A DNA stretch of 64,000 nt, from NCBI GenBank assembly GCA_944384395.1, contig CALWTD010000007.1:3919-67918 (forward strand). The letters are read 5' to 3'. A program made the position numbers and the translations under genes. Of this stretch, positions 47,877 through 58,104 are shown piece after piece; position 1 is the first letter of the stretch, and each line of letters opens with the position of its first letter. Below the pieces are notes generated by a model, which saw only the letters and a list, made by a program, of their open reading frames with translations, did no database searches and was not told the origin of the DNA. The stretch is from an uncultured Clostridia bacterium. GTDB lineage: Bacteria > Bacillota > Clostridia > Christensenellales > UBA1242.

Positions 47877-49433
47877 ATGAAAAGATATGCTTTTATAGAT
47901 TTGCACATACACACTGTTCACTCTTATGAAGATGGAGTTGATATAACTGTGCAAAGATTACTTGATACTTTAAACGCAATGGCAGAAAAAGAAAACAAAG
48001 ATGTTTGTTTTTCAATAACTGACCATGAAAGTATACTAGGTTGTATAGAAGCGGCAAAAATATTAAAAAGCGATCCCATACGTTATAGACGTTTAAAATT
48101 TATTCCGGGCATAGAGTTAAATGCAAGTTTAAAATCGGTTGGATTAAACGAAAAAGGTCGTTCAATATATTCAAAATGTCATATGCTTGGATACGACTAT
48201 GATTTAACTGATAAAAATCTTATTGCATATTCAAAAATTGTTCATAAAAAAACTGATGGAACAATAATAAAAAGACACAGACCGATAAAAATAAAAATAA
48301 ATACAGGTAGACAACTTATTTGTGCAAAAAAATATTTGGAAACATTATATAAAACCAAAATCCCATTTAGCGTTTATGATGATTGTGCAAATTTAAAAAC
48401 ACACGAAGAAATAAGAAATAAATTTTTAGAAATAACATCAGAATACTTAAATGTATCACCAAAAGAAATAAGTGCATTGATAGAAGAAATATTTTTTAAA
48501 AAATCTTTTAACAACGATATTGCCGAAGGAAATAGTAAACAAGATATTTTTGATATAATTGATATGATAAAATCGGCAGGTGGTAAAGTTGGTATTGCAC
48601 ACGGAAATACAATACAATTTGAAAAGCAAGAGATGTTTGTATATGCTAAACAAAATAAAACAAAAATGGAGATGCTTGACAGATTCATAGATATTGTTCA
48701 AAAATCGTCAAATAATGGTTTGGATTTTGTTGAGATATTTCACAATGAAAACACTATTCCAAGAGCATTTGACAAAATGTTTGAAATAGCCGAAAAATAT
48801 AATTTATACATTACTTGTGGCTCAGATTTTCACGGTGGAACACTGCACCCAAATAATATGCTTAGCAAATGTTTTTCTAAAAGATTTGAATATTGTTCAC
48901 TTAAAGGTGAAGCAAGAGAAAGAAATAAATATAAAATAAAAAACAAAGTAACAGAGCTTGCTTTTGTGGATCATACCTTTAATAAAGGTGATGTAAAAGT
49001 TGTAAAAAACAAACGCGCTTTTAGATGCGAAAATATTGAAAAGGGTGCACTTACATTTTCACAAATAAAGTCAATTGTAAATTCTATTGATTCAATAAAT
49101 ATAAATGAGTTTAAAAAGTTCTATAAAATTCCAAAAAATTCTGTAATAAGCGGACAACAACAAAATTATAAAAAAACAGATGATTATAAATACACTCCAC
49201 CAACAAATTCATCTAATATATTATCCAAAATGGGCGACTATGAAGTTTATAACTATTATGATGAACAAAAATATAAATATGAAAATCACAAACATAAATC
49301 AAAATTTTCAAAAAAATGTGCTTTAAATGATGGAGTAAAAAAGAAAGTTCATAAAAATAAATATGCACAATTTTCAAAAGTTGACAAAGAAGACAAAGAA
49401 AAAATAGATAAAGATGAAGAAAAAATTTTATAA
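47877..49433 (+). CDS. PHP-domain phosphoesterase with a long Lys-rich C-terminal extension
   Basis: The ATG at 47877 follows AAGGAG. IDLHIHTVHSYEDG, ITDHES, HMLGY, IAHGN and GSDFHG motifs. Confidence 0.7.
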   Translation: MKRYAFIDLHIHTVHSYEDGVDITVQRLLDTLNAMAEKENKDVCFSITDHESILGCIEAAKILKSDPIRYRRLKFIPGIELNASLKSVGLNEKGRSIYSKCHMLGYDYDLTDKNLIAYSKIVHKKTDGTIIKRHRPIKIKINTGRQLICAKKYLETLYKTKIPFSVYDDCANLKTHEEIRNKFLEITSEYLNVSPKEISALIEEIFFKKSFNNDIAEGNSKQDIFDIIDMIKSAGGKVGIAHGNTIQFEKQEMFVYAKQNKTKMEMLDRFIDIVQKSSNNGLDFVEIFHNENTIPRAFDKMFEIAEKYNLYITCGSDFHGGTLHPNNMLSKCFSKRFEYCSLKGEARERNKYKIKNKVTELAFVDHTFNKGDVKVVKNKRAFRCENIEKGALTFSQIKSIVNSIDSININEFKKFYKIPKNSVISGQQQNYKKTDDYKYTPPTNSSNILSKMGDYEVYNYYDEQKYKYENHKHKSKFSKKCALNDGVKKKVHKNKYAQFSKVDKEDKEKIDKDEEKIL

Positions 49434-49449
49434 CTTTAAAATAAAATGA

Positions 49450-49478
49450 TTGACATATAATAATTTTTGTGCTAGTAT
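49450..49478 (+). promoter_or_regulatory. rplJ-rplL promoter
   Basis: TTGACA (49450-49455), a 17-nt spacer, then TAGTAT (49473-49478). Confidence 0.6.
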
Positions 49479-49496
49479 TGTGTCGTTAATTAAATA

Positions 49497-49613
49497 TTGT
49501 CCTTTCCCAAAGACAGCAAGTGATTATTCGTAAACAATTTATTGTGCTTGCCGAGGTAAAGTTTAGATTGGTATAAAACCCTTTCGGCTTTCCTTTGGCC
49601 AAAGGGATTTTTT
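49497..49613 (+). promoter_or_regulatory. Structured rplJ leader with intrinsic attenuator (L10-leader-like)
   Basis: ..CCCAAAGACAGCAAGTG..GTGCTTGCCGAGG.. stem, then CCTTTGG/CCAAAGG hairpin and a T-run about 35 nt before the rplJ ATG. An alternative pairing CCCTTTCGG/CCAAAGGG is possible. Confidence 0.55.
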
Positions 49614-49647
49614 AATTAAAACATACAAATCTAAAAAGGAGGCAAAA

Positions 49648-50133
49648 ATGAGTGCGAATTTAGAAGCAAAACAAGCGCTTGTTGAAGAAATAAAAGAAAA
49701 ACTTCAAAAAGCAAAAACAGTTGTTTTTGTAGATTATCGTGGACTTACCGTTGCACAAGACACAAAACTTCGTGCCGATTTCAGAAAAAACGGTGCAGAA
49801 TACAGAGTTTACAAAAATAGACTTATGGTAAGAGCATTAAATGAACTTGGCTACACAGGTTGCGAAAGTTACCTAGAAGGCACAAATGCAGTTGCTTTCG
49901 GTTATGAAGACGAAGTTGCTCCTGCAAAAATTGTTGATGGTGCATCAAGTGAAAATTGTGCTTTTACAATTAAATTCGGAATTTACAATAAAAACATTGT
50001 AGACGCAGATGCTGTTAAAAAACTTGCAAAAATACCTTCAAGAGAAGTATTACTTGCTCAACTTGTTGGCATGTTATCTTCACCTATGAGAGGTCTTGCA
50101 GTTTGCTTAAAAGCAATTGCTGATAAAAATTAA
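49648..50133 (+). CDS. rplJ: 50S ribosomal protein L10
   Basis: VVFVDYRGLTVAQDTKLRADFRKNGAEYRVYKNRLM. AAGGAGG RBS upstream. Confidence 0.95.
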   Translation: MSANLEAKQALVEEIKEKLQKAKTVVFVDYRGLTVAQDTKLRADFRKNGAEYRVYKNRLMVRALNELGYTGCESYLEGTNAVAFGYEDEVAPAKIVDGASSENCAFTIKFGIYNKNIVDADAVKKLAKIPSREVLLAQLVGMLSSPMRGLAVCLKAIADKN

Positions 50134-50167
50134 AAAATAAAAGTAAAAATAAAAGGAAGTAAAAAAA

Positions 50168-50539
50168 ATGGCAGATTTAAATAAGTTTGTTGAAGAAGTT
50201 AAAGGTCTTAGCGTTGTTGAACTTAACGACCTTGTTAAAATGTTAGAAGAAGAATTTGGAGTAAGTGCAGCAGCTGCAGTTGTTGCTGGTGGTGCACAAG
50301 GTGGAGCAGCAGCTCAAGCAGAAGAAAAATCAGAATTCACTGTTGTATTAAAAGAGGCTGGTGCAAATAAAATTGCTGTTATTAAAGCAGTTAGAGAAAT
50401 TACAGGTCTTGGACTTGGCGAAGCAAAAGCAGTTGTTGATGGTGCTCCTGCAAATGTTAAAGAAAATGTTCCAGCAGAAGAAGCAAAAGCTATGGAAGCA
50501 AAACTTAAAGAAGCTGGCGCAACAGTTGAACTTAAATAA
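50168..50539 (+). CDS. rplL: 50S ribosomal protein L7/L12
   Basis: Ala-rich hinge, [47 protein letters not shown]. Confidence 0.97.
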   Translation: MADLNKFVEEVKGLSVVELNDLVKMLEEEFGVSAAAAVVAGGAQGGAAAQAEEKSEFTVVLKEAGANKIAVIKAVREITGLGLGEAKAVVDGAPANVKENVPAEEAKAMEAKLKEAGATVELK

Positions 50540-50565
50540 TTTAACATATAAGATTTGTATGTAAT

Positions 50566-50597
50566 AAAAATACTAGATAAAACTCTAGTATTTTTTT
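50566..50597 (+). terminator. Rho-independent terminator after rplL
   Basis: Hairpin AAATACTAG/CTAGTATTT followed by a T7 run. Confidence 0.8.
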
Positions 50598-50673
50598 ATT
50601 ATAAAAAATGATATAAATATTTATTTGACACAAAAGAATATATATTGTATCATAGAACTAAGGGGGAAAAGAT

Positions 50674-51168
50674 ATGAAAACAAAAAAACTAGTTTTAAAT
50701 TTAATTGCAGCAGTTGGAATGGTTCTTTTAATATTGCCTATGTTTTTGGCAATGTATGCGCCAACAGTTATTGCAGCAAATGAAACAACAAAAATTGCTT
50801 CAATTAACATTTTTGGTGATTGGGGACTTTTGCAACCAGATGGCCTTGCATTTGCAACAATAACAGATGTTTTGGCAGTTGTTATGCTTTGCCTATCAGC
50901 TGTATATGTAATTTTGTTTGTTTTGCAACTTGCTAATGTTGGAAAAGTTGCTACACTAGATAAAATTAAAAAATTGTTGGCATTGTTGGTTTTAATTCTT
51001 ACAATAGCAAGCGTTGCAACACTTTTGACATTTGTTTTTAGCAATACATCAACTAGCGAATACATAAAAGTAACTTCAACAATTTTGCCACAAGTTGGAG
51101 CAATAATGATGGTTGTTGGTGGACTTGTATTTAGTATTTTTGGAATGGTTGCAAGCAAAAAGAAATAA
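50674..51168 (+). CDS. Membrane protein (4-5 TM segments)
   Basis: AGGGGGA RBS upstream. Hydrophobic throughout. The antisense ORF 50658..51158 is treated as a shadow. Confidence 0.6.
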   Translation: MKTKKLVLNLIAAVGMVLLILPMFLAMYAPTVIAANETTKIASINIFGDWGLLQPDGLAFATITDVLAVVMLCLSAVYVILFVLQLANVGKVATLDKIKKLLALLVLILTIASVATLLTFVFSNTSTSEYIKVTSTILPQVGAIMMVVGGLVFSIFGMVASKKK

Positions 51169-51184
51169 AATCACCTCACAAAAA

Positions 51185-51209
51185 GGCGAACGTTGTTCGT
51201 CTTTTTTTT
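51185..51209 (+). terminator. Rho-independent terminator
   Basis: Hairpin GGCGAAC/GTTCGTC followed by a T8 run. Confidence 0.75.
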
Positions 51210-51295
51210 ATTAACAAATCAATCTTTGTTTAATGATTGCTTTTTAAAAATTATGTTGTTATACTTTACATTGTAAAAATACAAGGAGAAAAAAT

Positions 51296-53059
51296 ATGCA
51301 AAACAGAACGCACAACGCAGGCGAACTAAGACTAAAAAATGTTGGTCAACATGTTAAACTTGTTGGTTGGCTAGAAAATGTAAGAAGTGTAAGCAAAAAT
51401 TTAGTTTTTTTAGTTTTAAGAGACTTTTATGGGAAAACACAAATTGTTGTCGACAATCAAGACATAATCGAACAAATAAATAAGATAAACTGTGAATCTA
51501 CAATTTCTGTTGAGGGCGAAGTAAGGGAAAGAATTTCAAAAAATCCTAAAATGGAAACTGGGGATATTGAAGTTGTTTGTGAAAAACTTGAAGTTTTAGG
51601 AAAATGTAAATATAACGAACTTCCATTTGAGATAAATCATTCAACCGAAGTTGACGAAAATATAAGATTAAAATATAGATATCTTGATTTAAGAAATCCA
51701 GAAGTTAAAAATAAAATTGTTTTAAGAAGTAAAATTGTTGCAGAACTCAGACAAAGAATGATACAAGAAAACTTTTTGGAAATAACAACTCCAATACTGA
51801 CAAGTTCTTCACCAGAAGGCGCAAGAGACTATCTTGTTCCATCAAGAAATTATCCGGGAAAATTTTATGCTCTTCCACAAGCACCACAACAATTTAAACA
51901 ACTTTTAATGACATCAGGTTTTGATAGATATTTCCAAATTGCACCTTGTTTTAGAGATGAAGATGCAAGACAAGACCGTTCGCCAGGAGAGTTCTATCAA
52001 CTAGATATGGAAATGGCATTTGCTGATCAAGAAGATGTGTTTAGTGTTATAGAAAAAGTTCTTCCACCTGTGTTTGAAAAGTATGGAATATATAAAAAGG
52101 CATCAAAAGCACCTTTTGTAAGAATACCATACAATGAAGCTATGGAAAAATATGGTTCGGATAAACCAGACCTTAGAATAGATTTAACTGTATGTGATGT
52201 AACAAACATTATGCAAAAAACAACATTTGAAGCCTTTAAAAATAAAATAGTAAAATGTGTTGTTGTTGACAATTTTACAGAATCAAGAAAATTTGTTGAC
52301 AATCTTATTGCCGATATTGAAGTTCAAGCACAAAACAAAGTTTATTGGTTTAAGGTAGACGAAAATAACGAACTTGTTGGTGGAATTGCAAAATTTTTGC
52401 AAGATGAAAAAAACAATCTAATAAATGAACTAAATTTAAAACCAAACACAATAATTTTTGTAACGGCAGGCGACAAAAAAACAGCACAAAAATCGGCAGG
52501 GGTAATAATTAAAAAAGTTGGATATTCAACAAATAATCATATAAATAAAGAATGTTATGAATTTTGTTGGATTGTAGACTTCCCTATGTATGAAATAGGT
52601 GATGAATCAGGCGAAATAGAATTTTGTCACAATCCATTCTCTATGCCACAAGGCGGAATGCAAGCACTTGAAAAAGCAAAACAAGATAAAGAATTTGCAC
52701 TTACCCTAAAAGCATATCAATATGATTTAGTGTGCAATGGAATAGAACTTTCGTCAGGAGCTGTAAGAAATCACGACCCAGAAATGATGCTTAAAGCATT
52801 TGAAATTGTTGGACTTGGTGAAGATGTTGTTCAATCAAAATTCCCAGCCTTATACAATGCATTTTCTTACGGTCCACCACCACACGCAGGAATTGCTCCG
52901 GGTGTTGATAGAATGGTTATGCTACTTCTTGGAGAAGAAAGTATAAGAGAAATAATAGCATTCCCAATGAATAAAAAAGCACAAGACATTTTAATGAATG
53001 CACCTTGTGAAGTAACCGAGAAACAGTTAAAAGAAGTTCATATAAAAATAACAGAATAA
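51296..53059 (+). CDS. aspS: Aspartate--tRNA ligase
   Basis: RTHNAGELR..GWLENVR..FLVLRD..GARDYLVPSR..FYALPQAPQQFKQLLM..CFRDED.R.DR.PEF.Q.D.EM..GPPPHAGIA.G.DR motifs. Confidence 0.95.
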   Translation: MQNRTHNAGELRLKNVGQHVKLVGWLENVRSVSKNLVFLVLRDFYGKTQIVVDNQDIIEQINKINCESTISVEGEVRERISKNPKMETGDIEVVCEKLEVLGKCKYNELPFEINHSTEVDENIRLKYRYLDLRNPEVKNKIVLRSKIVAELRQRMIQENFLEITTPILTSSSPEGARDYLVPSRNYPGKFYALPQAPQQFKQLLMTSGFDRYFQIAPCFRDEDARQDRSPGEFYQLDMEMAFADQEDVFSVIEKVLPPVFEKYGIYKKASKAPFVRIPYNEAMEKYGSDKPDLRIDLTVCDVTNIMQKTTFEAFKNKIVKCVVVDNFTESRKFVDNLIADIEVQAQNKVYWFKVDENNELVGGIAKFLQDEKNNLINELNLKPNTIIFVTAGDKKTAQKSAGVIIKKVGYSTNNHINKECYEFCWIVDFPMYEIGDESGEIEFCHNPFSMPQGGMQALEKAKQDKEFALTLKAYQYDLVCNGIELSSGAVRNHDPEMMLKAFEIVGLGEDVVQSKFPALYNAFSYGPPPHAGIAPGVDRMVMLLLGEESIREIIAFPMNKKAQDILMNAPCEVTEKQLKEVHIKITE

Positions 53060-53085
53060 AAAAACCGACTTTTGTCGGTTTTTTA
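53060..53085 (+). terminator. Rho-independent terminator after aspS
   Basis: Hairpin AACCGAC/GTCGGTT followed by a T-run. Confidence 0.8.
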
Positions 53086-53203
53086 TTTTTAGTAAAATGT
53101 TAATAATATTTTATTATTTTAATATTTTGTGATAAACTAAAATTGGTTATATAATTTTCAAATATTTATTCCCCTTGGCATATATAACTTTTAGGAGGAT
53201 TTT

Positions 53204-55210
53204 ATGAAAAAGAAAATTGTTTTTAGTGTTTTAACATTTTTATTAATAATTCCTTGTTTGAGTCTTTTATTTGCTTGTGGAAAGAAAGACTATAAAATTA
53301 CACTTCAAGCAAATAACGAGGTGTATTATGCTGACTTACTCAGTTCACAAAATGCTAATTGTAAAGTGAGTGATTTTTACAATAGTTATTCTTATTTAAC
53401 AGGATTTGATGTGTATGATTATTCTAATATGAAAGTATTATTTAATGGTAAAGAAAACAGTGAATACTTTACAAATACATACACAAAAAATACTACACAA
53501 CAAATTTTGGGTAATAGTGTACAACTCGGTACATTTAACTTTTCTAATATAAAAGAAGATATCAACATTACCATTACAGGTATAAAAGAACGAAAAGTAA
53601 ATTTTGCATTTATTTACAATTTAGATGAAAGACTAGGATATTTAAAACACGATTACACAATTGAAGAACAAACAACAATAAAACAAAATCTAGAAACTTT
53701 TGGCAAAAATTACAAAATTAAGTTGAGTCAAACTGATTATGAGTATTTCGTAAATGAAGCAAACGAAAAAATTGCAAATGGCGAAACAGATTTTATGGAC
53801 ATTAGAGATTACACAGATGACAAGGGTTATACAAATGCAAGTTGGCTTTTTAATGATAATATAGAAAATATTATGTATGTTGATAATTATGGTAATGAAA
53901 TTTATAGCCCATACCTTTTTACATATAATGCAAAAGAATTTTTTAAACAAAATTCTTATACAGTTTATCAATATATTAAAGATGGAAATTATTTTTCTTC
54001 AAACGAAAAATTGGATAATGTTGAAAAGGGTACAAAAGAATATGTTTATAAGTTATATTCATATAATAGTCAAAGTGCAAATTTAAAAATGCTTTCAACA
54101 AAAGGATATAACTATTACACAGATTTAATTATTGGTAACTACACATATAACCATAACTATCGTGGAGAAACAAGTTCAAGTATAATTGGATATGGTCATG
54201 GTTCGCTGAATTCAAACGAATATAAATGTATTGATGATGGCGATGAAGAAAATTATGCCAATCAAATAAATTACTCAATGCGACTATATCCCGAAAATTT
54301 AATTTATGTTGATTTACTAAATATGAAAATTAACACAATAACTGCTTCAATAGAAAATACAACTGCATATATTGACAATGGTAATGGTAGTTATTCAACA
54401 TCTTGCGAAGTGGGAAAAGCAAATGTTTCAAAAAGAATTAATATAATAAATTTGTGTCAAGATGTTGGTGTTAGTGGAATAGATGTTTCAAATGCAAAAG
54501 TTTTAGTAAACGGGAAAGAGTTGACAGGATTATATGGAAGTTATAAATATGTTGCACCAAATGTAAACGAAGGTATAGAAGAACATTTTGAATGTGTAAT
54601 AAATTTAGGTGTTTTACCAATACATTTTTATACTGAACAAGAATTAAAAGATGAAAACGTATTTAAAAATAATTATTATTCTATAACATTTGAAAATATA
54701 GATTTTTCTAATGCAAAAGGAGTAACAAAAGTTAAAATTTCAAGTCAGGCAAACAAAGACCAAGGATACATTGATATAAGTGCTTCAACTGATGACGATG
54801 CTTCAATTTTTGCATTGCATAAATGGTTCGAGGACGATGTTCTTTATGGATATATAACACAACAAAGTTATACAACAGGTAATTTAATCAAAATTGGAGC
54901 GTATTTTTCAAGTCCCGTTTTGCTAAATATGAATAGTTCTCAAAAATTGATAGTAAAACATGACGGCGTAACTGTTAAACAAATCAATGTTATTGAAAGT
55001 GCAAAAAAAGTTATAAATGGTACAATGCAAGGAGATTATGAAACTGAGTATAATAGGGTAAGTTGGCAAGAAGATGGATATAAAATTATAGTAGAATTTT
55101 ATACATCTAGCGAAGAACCAATTACTTCACAATATGTTTCGTCCATTTTAATACAAACACAAATAGACACGCAAGTAAATGAATATGAATTTTGTTGTGA
55201 TGTAATTTAA
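53204..55210 (+). CDS. Large lipoprotein (hypothetical)
   Basis: Signal peptide with lipobox LLFAC. 668 aa, N/Y/T-rich. Confidence 0.65.
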   Translation: MKKKIVFSVLTFLLIIPCLSLLFACGKKDYKITLQANNEVYYADLLSSQNANCKVSDFYNSYSYLTGFDVYDYSNMKVLFNGKENSEYFTNTYTKNTTQQILGNSVQLGTFNFSNIKEDINITITGIKERKVNFAFIYNLDERLGYLKHDYTIEEQTTIKQNLETFGKNYKIKLSQTDYEYFVNEANEKIANGETDFMDIRDYTDDKGYTNASWLFNDNIENIMYVDNYGNEIYSPYLFTYNAKEFFKQNSYTVYQYIKDGNYFSSNEKLDNVEKGTKEYVYKLYSYNSQSANLKMLSTKGYNYYTDLIIGNYTYNHNYRGETSSSIIGYGHGSLNSNEYKCIDDGDEENYANQINYSMRLYPENLIYVDLLNMKINTITASIENTTAYIDNGNGSYSTSCEVGKANVSKRINIINLCQDVGVSGIDVSNAKVLVNGKELTGLYGSYKYVAPNVNEGIEEHFECVINLGVLPIHFYTEQELKDENVFKNNYYSITFENIDFSNAKGVTKVKISSQANKDQGYIDISASTDDDASIFALHKWFEDDVLYGYITQQSYTTGNLIKIGAYFSSPVLLNMNSSQKLIVKHDGVTVKQINVIESAKKVINGTMQGDYETEYNRVSWQEDGYKIIVEFYTSSEEPITSQYVSSILIQTQIDTQVNEYEFCCDVI

Positions 55211-55215
55211 TAAAC

Positions 55216-55244
55216 AAAAAAACCACAATTCCTGTGGTTTTTTG
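55216..55244 (+). terminator. Rho-independent terminator
   Basis: Hairpin AACCACA/TGTGGTT followed by a T-run. Confidence 0.7.
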
Positions 55245-55293
55245 TTTATTGTTGTAAATATTTTAATTTTATTAAAATTTATCAATTAAAATA

Positions 55294-56154
55294 TTAATTT
55301 ATTAAATTATACCAAGATTCAATATAGTGTATGGCAATTCCATAATTTTTTGGAATTAAATTCCTTAGTTTATTTAGTTCTTGTTTAAGGTACGTTTTGC
55401 CTTCTTCAAAAAAAGTTACATTGTCATCATCAACATCTTGAGTTTCCACTCCCAAATTTATTTTTTTGTTTATACTTTTAGCATAATTTATTTCATCTTT
55501 GGCAAAATCATATATTTTTTGTGCACTATCTCGGTAACTCATAAGAGTTATTGCACTTGCATTGTCAATAATATATTCAAATGTTTTTTTGTTTTGACCA
55601 TTGTATGAAATGATATCATCAAGCCAACAAGGTATATCATATTCAATATAAGTATTGCTGTAATTTTGTTTTAAATTATATGTTAAATCAATAAATTTAT
55701 ATAAAATTTCTTCTCGTTTTGTTTCAAATTCTGGGTGCTGATGTGGTTCTATATCAAAATGTATACCACTAAATAAATTATTGTATTGTTTCTGAAATGC
55801 AAGATATTCTTTTAGTTTTGTTTCAATCAATGAATAGTTTTCAATCCATTCGTATTTTCCTGCTAGCCAATAAACTTTAATGTTTTTGGTTTGAGCATTT
55901 TTTATTATTGTTGATATTTTTTCATTAAAAGAAGATGCATATAAATATATCTCTGTTACATCATTTTGCTTTGCAAAATCAAGATATGAACTATCAATTC
56001 TGTTATCCCACCACCATACTCCAAGAGTTTGTGTGTTATTTGTCTTTGTTGAATTTTGTTTTGTGAACGAGTTTATACAATAAAAACTTAAAACAAAAAT
56101 GCCAATTACAACTATAACCAATAAAATTTTTTTCACAATAAGATAATAGCACAT
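55294..56154 (-). CDS. Membrane-anchored hypothetical protein (possible TIM-barrel glycosidase-like)
   Basis: N-terminal TM segment ILLVIVVIGIFVLSFYCI. LGVWWWDN..TEIYLY..HFDIEPH pattern. Function is uncertain. Confidence 0.5.
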   Translation of the reverse strand: MCYYLIVKKILLVIVVIGIFVLSFYCINSFTKQNSTKTNNTQTLGVWWWDNRIDSSYLDFAKQNDVTEIYLYASSFNEKISTIIKNAQTKNIKVYWLAGKYEWIENYSLIETKLKEYLAFQKQYNNLFSGIHFDIEPHQHPEFETKREEILYKFIDLTYNLKQNYSNTYIEYDIPCWLDDIISYNGQNKKTFEYIIDNASAITLMSYRDSAQKIYDFAKDEINYAKSINKKINLGVETQDVDDDNVTFFEEGKTYLKQELNKLRNLIPKNYGIAIHYIESWYNLIN

Positions 56155-56215
56155 TAAACATTTAATGACAATAAAAAATGTTTAACCTTAGTTAAACATT
56201 TTTAGTTTTAGAATT

Positions 56216-56946
56216 TTACATTTCTTTTATGGCCTGTTTATTTTGTGATTTTATAACATCATCTCTTAAACTATTAGCATATTCATTTAAAGCATTGGTA
56301 GGGTATGGCATTTCAACATTACTTAAACTCAAATGACTGGTGTGTTTTGTGCAAAGGATTAAAGGATTTTTTTCGACAAATTCATCAACAGCCTGTTTTG
56401 CGTATTTTTTTAAGGAAGAAGTATATGATTGATTTAATTTATCGTATAAAGGTTTTTGTTTTTCCATTTCTTCTTTCTGCTTTTGTTTTTCAATGCTTTC
56501 ATTATAGTATTTAACTCTTTCTTGTTTTATTTCTAAATCTTTGTTGAGCATTTTTAAAATTTTCTCTTTAAATGGCAAAACTTTTTGATTTTTTACTTTT
56601 TCAATTTTTTCTTGTTTGTAAAAGTCATAGCCACCCAAATAAGTTGTTTTTCAATTTTATTTAACTCTGAAAAAGAATTTTTTAAAATATCATAAACACA
56701 TCTATTATCTTCATAACTAGAACCCACTTGATCAAGATACGCAACTTTTGCATCTTTTTTTATACTTATAGTCCCACTATCTATTTTTTCAAATCCAGCA
56801 ATCATTTTTAATAAAGTAGATTTTCCACTACCATTTGGTCCAACAATAGAGATTAATTCTCCTTCGTTAAGAGAAAACGATACATTGTTAAAAAGTTTTC
56901 CAAATCCAAAATCTTTACTTAATTTGTTTACATCTAATATAATCAT
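56216..56946 (-). pseudogene. ABC-F-type ATPase remnant (N-terminal Walker A fragment plus out-of-frame C-terminal tail)
   Basis: 56593..56946 reads MIILDVNKLSKDFG..VGPNGSGKSTLLKMIAG..AYLDQ and then stops. The overlapping frame 56216..56638 begins GGYDFYKQEKIEK, an ABC-F post-NBD2 motif. The signature motif, Walker B and NBD2 are missing. Confidence 0.6.
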
Positions 56947-57343
56947 ATAATACTCCTTGTTTGGAGTATGATATAAAAAAAATCATACTAATCATAATTA
57001 TAAAAACATCAAAAAACTGTTGCACTATTTTTTTGTGCAACCATTTAATGTTTTTAGTACATTATAACTGTATGATACCTCATGCCTTAATAGTAAAATA
57101 AAATTATCTATTTATCAATATGTTTATAGTGCATATTTATTTTGTATTTATGATAGAATAGATTTTTGTATGAAATATAGTAAAAAATCAATTGTTAATA
57201 TATTTTCGCTTTATAATGAACTTGTACGCAGATTGACAATTATTTAAAATGATTTTATACTGCTTTATATGATTGTTATATTATTCAAATGCATATTAAA
57301 AAAATATATACAAAAATATAGTTTTATTTAAAAGGAAAAAGAT

Positions 57344-57835
57344 ATGGAAGAAAAAGAATTGTTAAAACTTTCACCAAAAGAACTAACCGACATGGGAGTA
57401 TGTCCAACCTGTTTAAACAGAAAATACAATGGCGCAGTTTTTGGCGACGACTCTAAACTTAAACTTTATGAAGATAAAGATATTGAATGTCTTTTTGTTG
57501 GCAATCCAAGAGCAGTAGGTCATATGATGATTTCAACACAAACACACTATCACGACATGAGTGAAGCACCTGATTGTATAAATGAAAAAATTATACGATT
57601 TGCAAAGCAATTTATGATTATTTTAAAACAGGTTTATAAGTGTGAAAGAGTGTATTTGTGCACAATGAGTGATGGGCCTATGAATCACTATCATGTTCAA
57701 CTTATTCCAAGATATAAAGACGAAGAACGTGGTTCAAAAAATTTTATTAAACCAAGAAAACAATATGTTTATAACGAACCAAAATTTAACAAAGTAAGGC
57801 AACTAATAAGCGAATATGCTAAAAAGTCAAAATAG
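57344..57835 (+). CDS. HIT-family (histidine triad) protein
   Basis: MNHYHVQLIPR histidine triad. N-terminal CPTC zinc-like motif. Confidence 0.7.
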   Translation: MEEKELLKLSPKELTDMGVCPTCLNRKYNGAVFGDDSKLKLYEDKDIECLFVGNPRAVGHMMISTQTHYHDMSEAPDCINEKIIRFAKQFMIILKQVYKCERVYLCTMSDGPMNHYHVQLIPRYKDEERGSKNFIKPRKQYVYNEPKFNKVRQLISEYAKKSK

Positions 57836-58104
57836 TTGTATTAAAGTTTAAAAGTAAAATATATTTAGTTTATTATTAAAGAAATTAAAGACAACGTTAC
57901 AATCAAAATTATTTTTAATTTTAATATAATAAACTTTTACATTTTAAAAAATGGTTATATAATAACAATGATGCATTAAAAATGAGTTATGTACTGGTAT
58001 ACTTAAAACAAAATTTATTGTTTGATTTGTAATATAAAAAAGATAGTATATGTTATTTTATAATATGTTAAAATATGAAAAGGTGTAGATAGGAAATTTA
58101 TATA

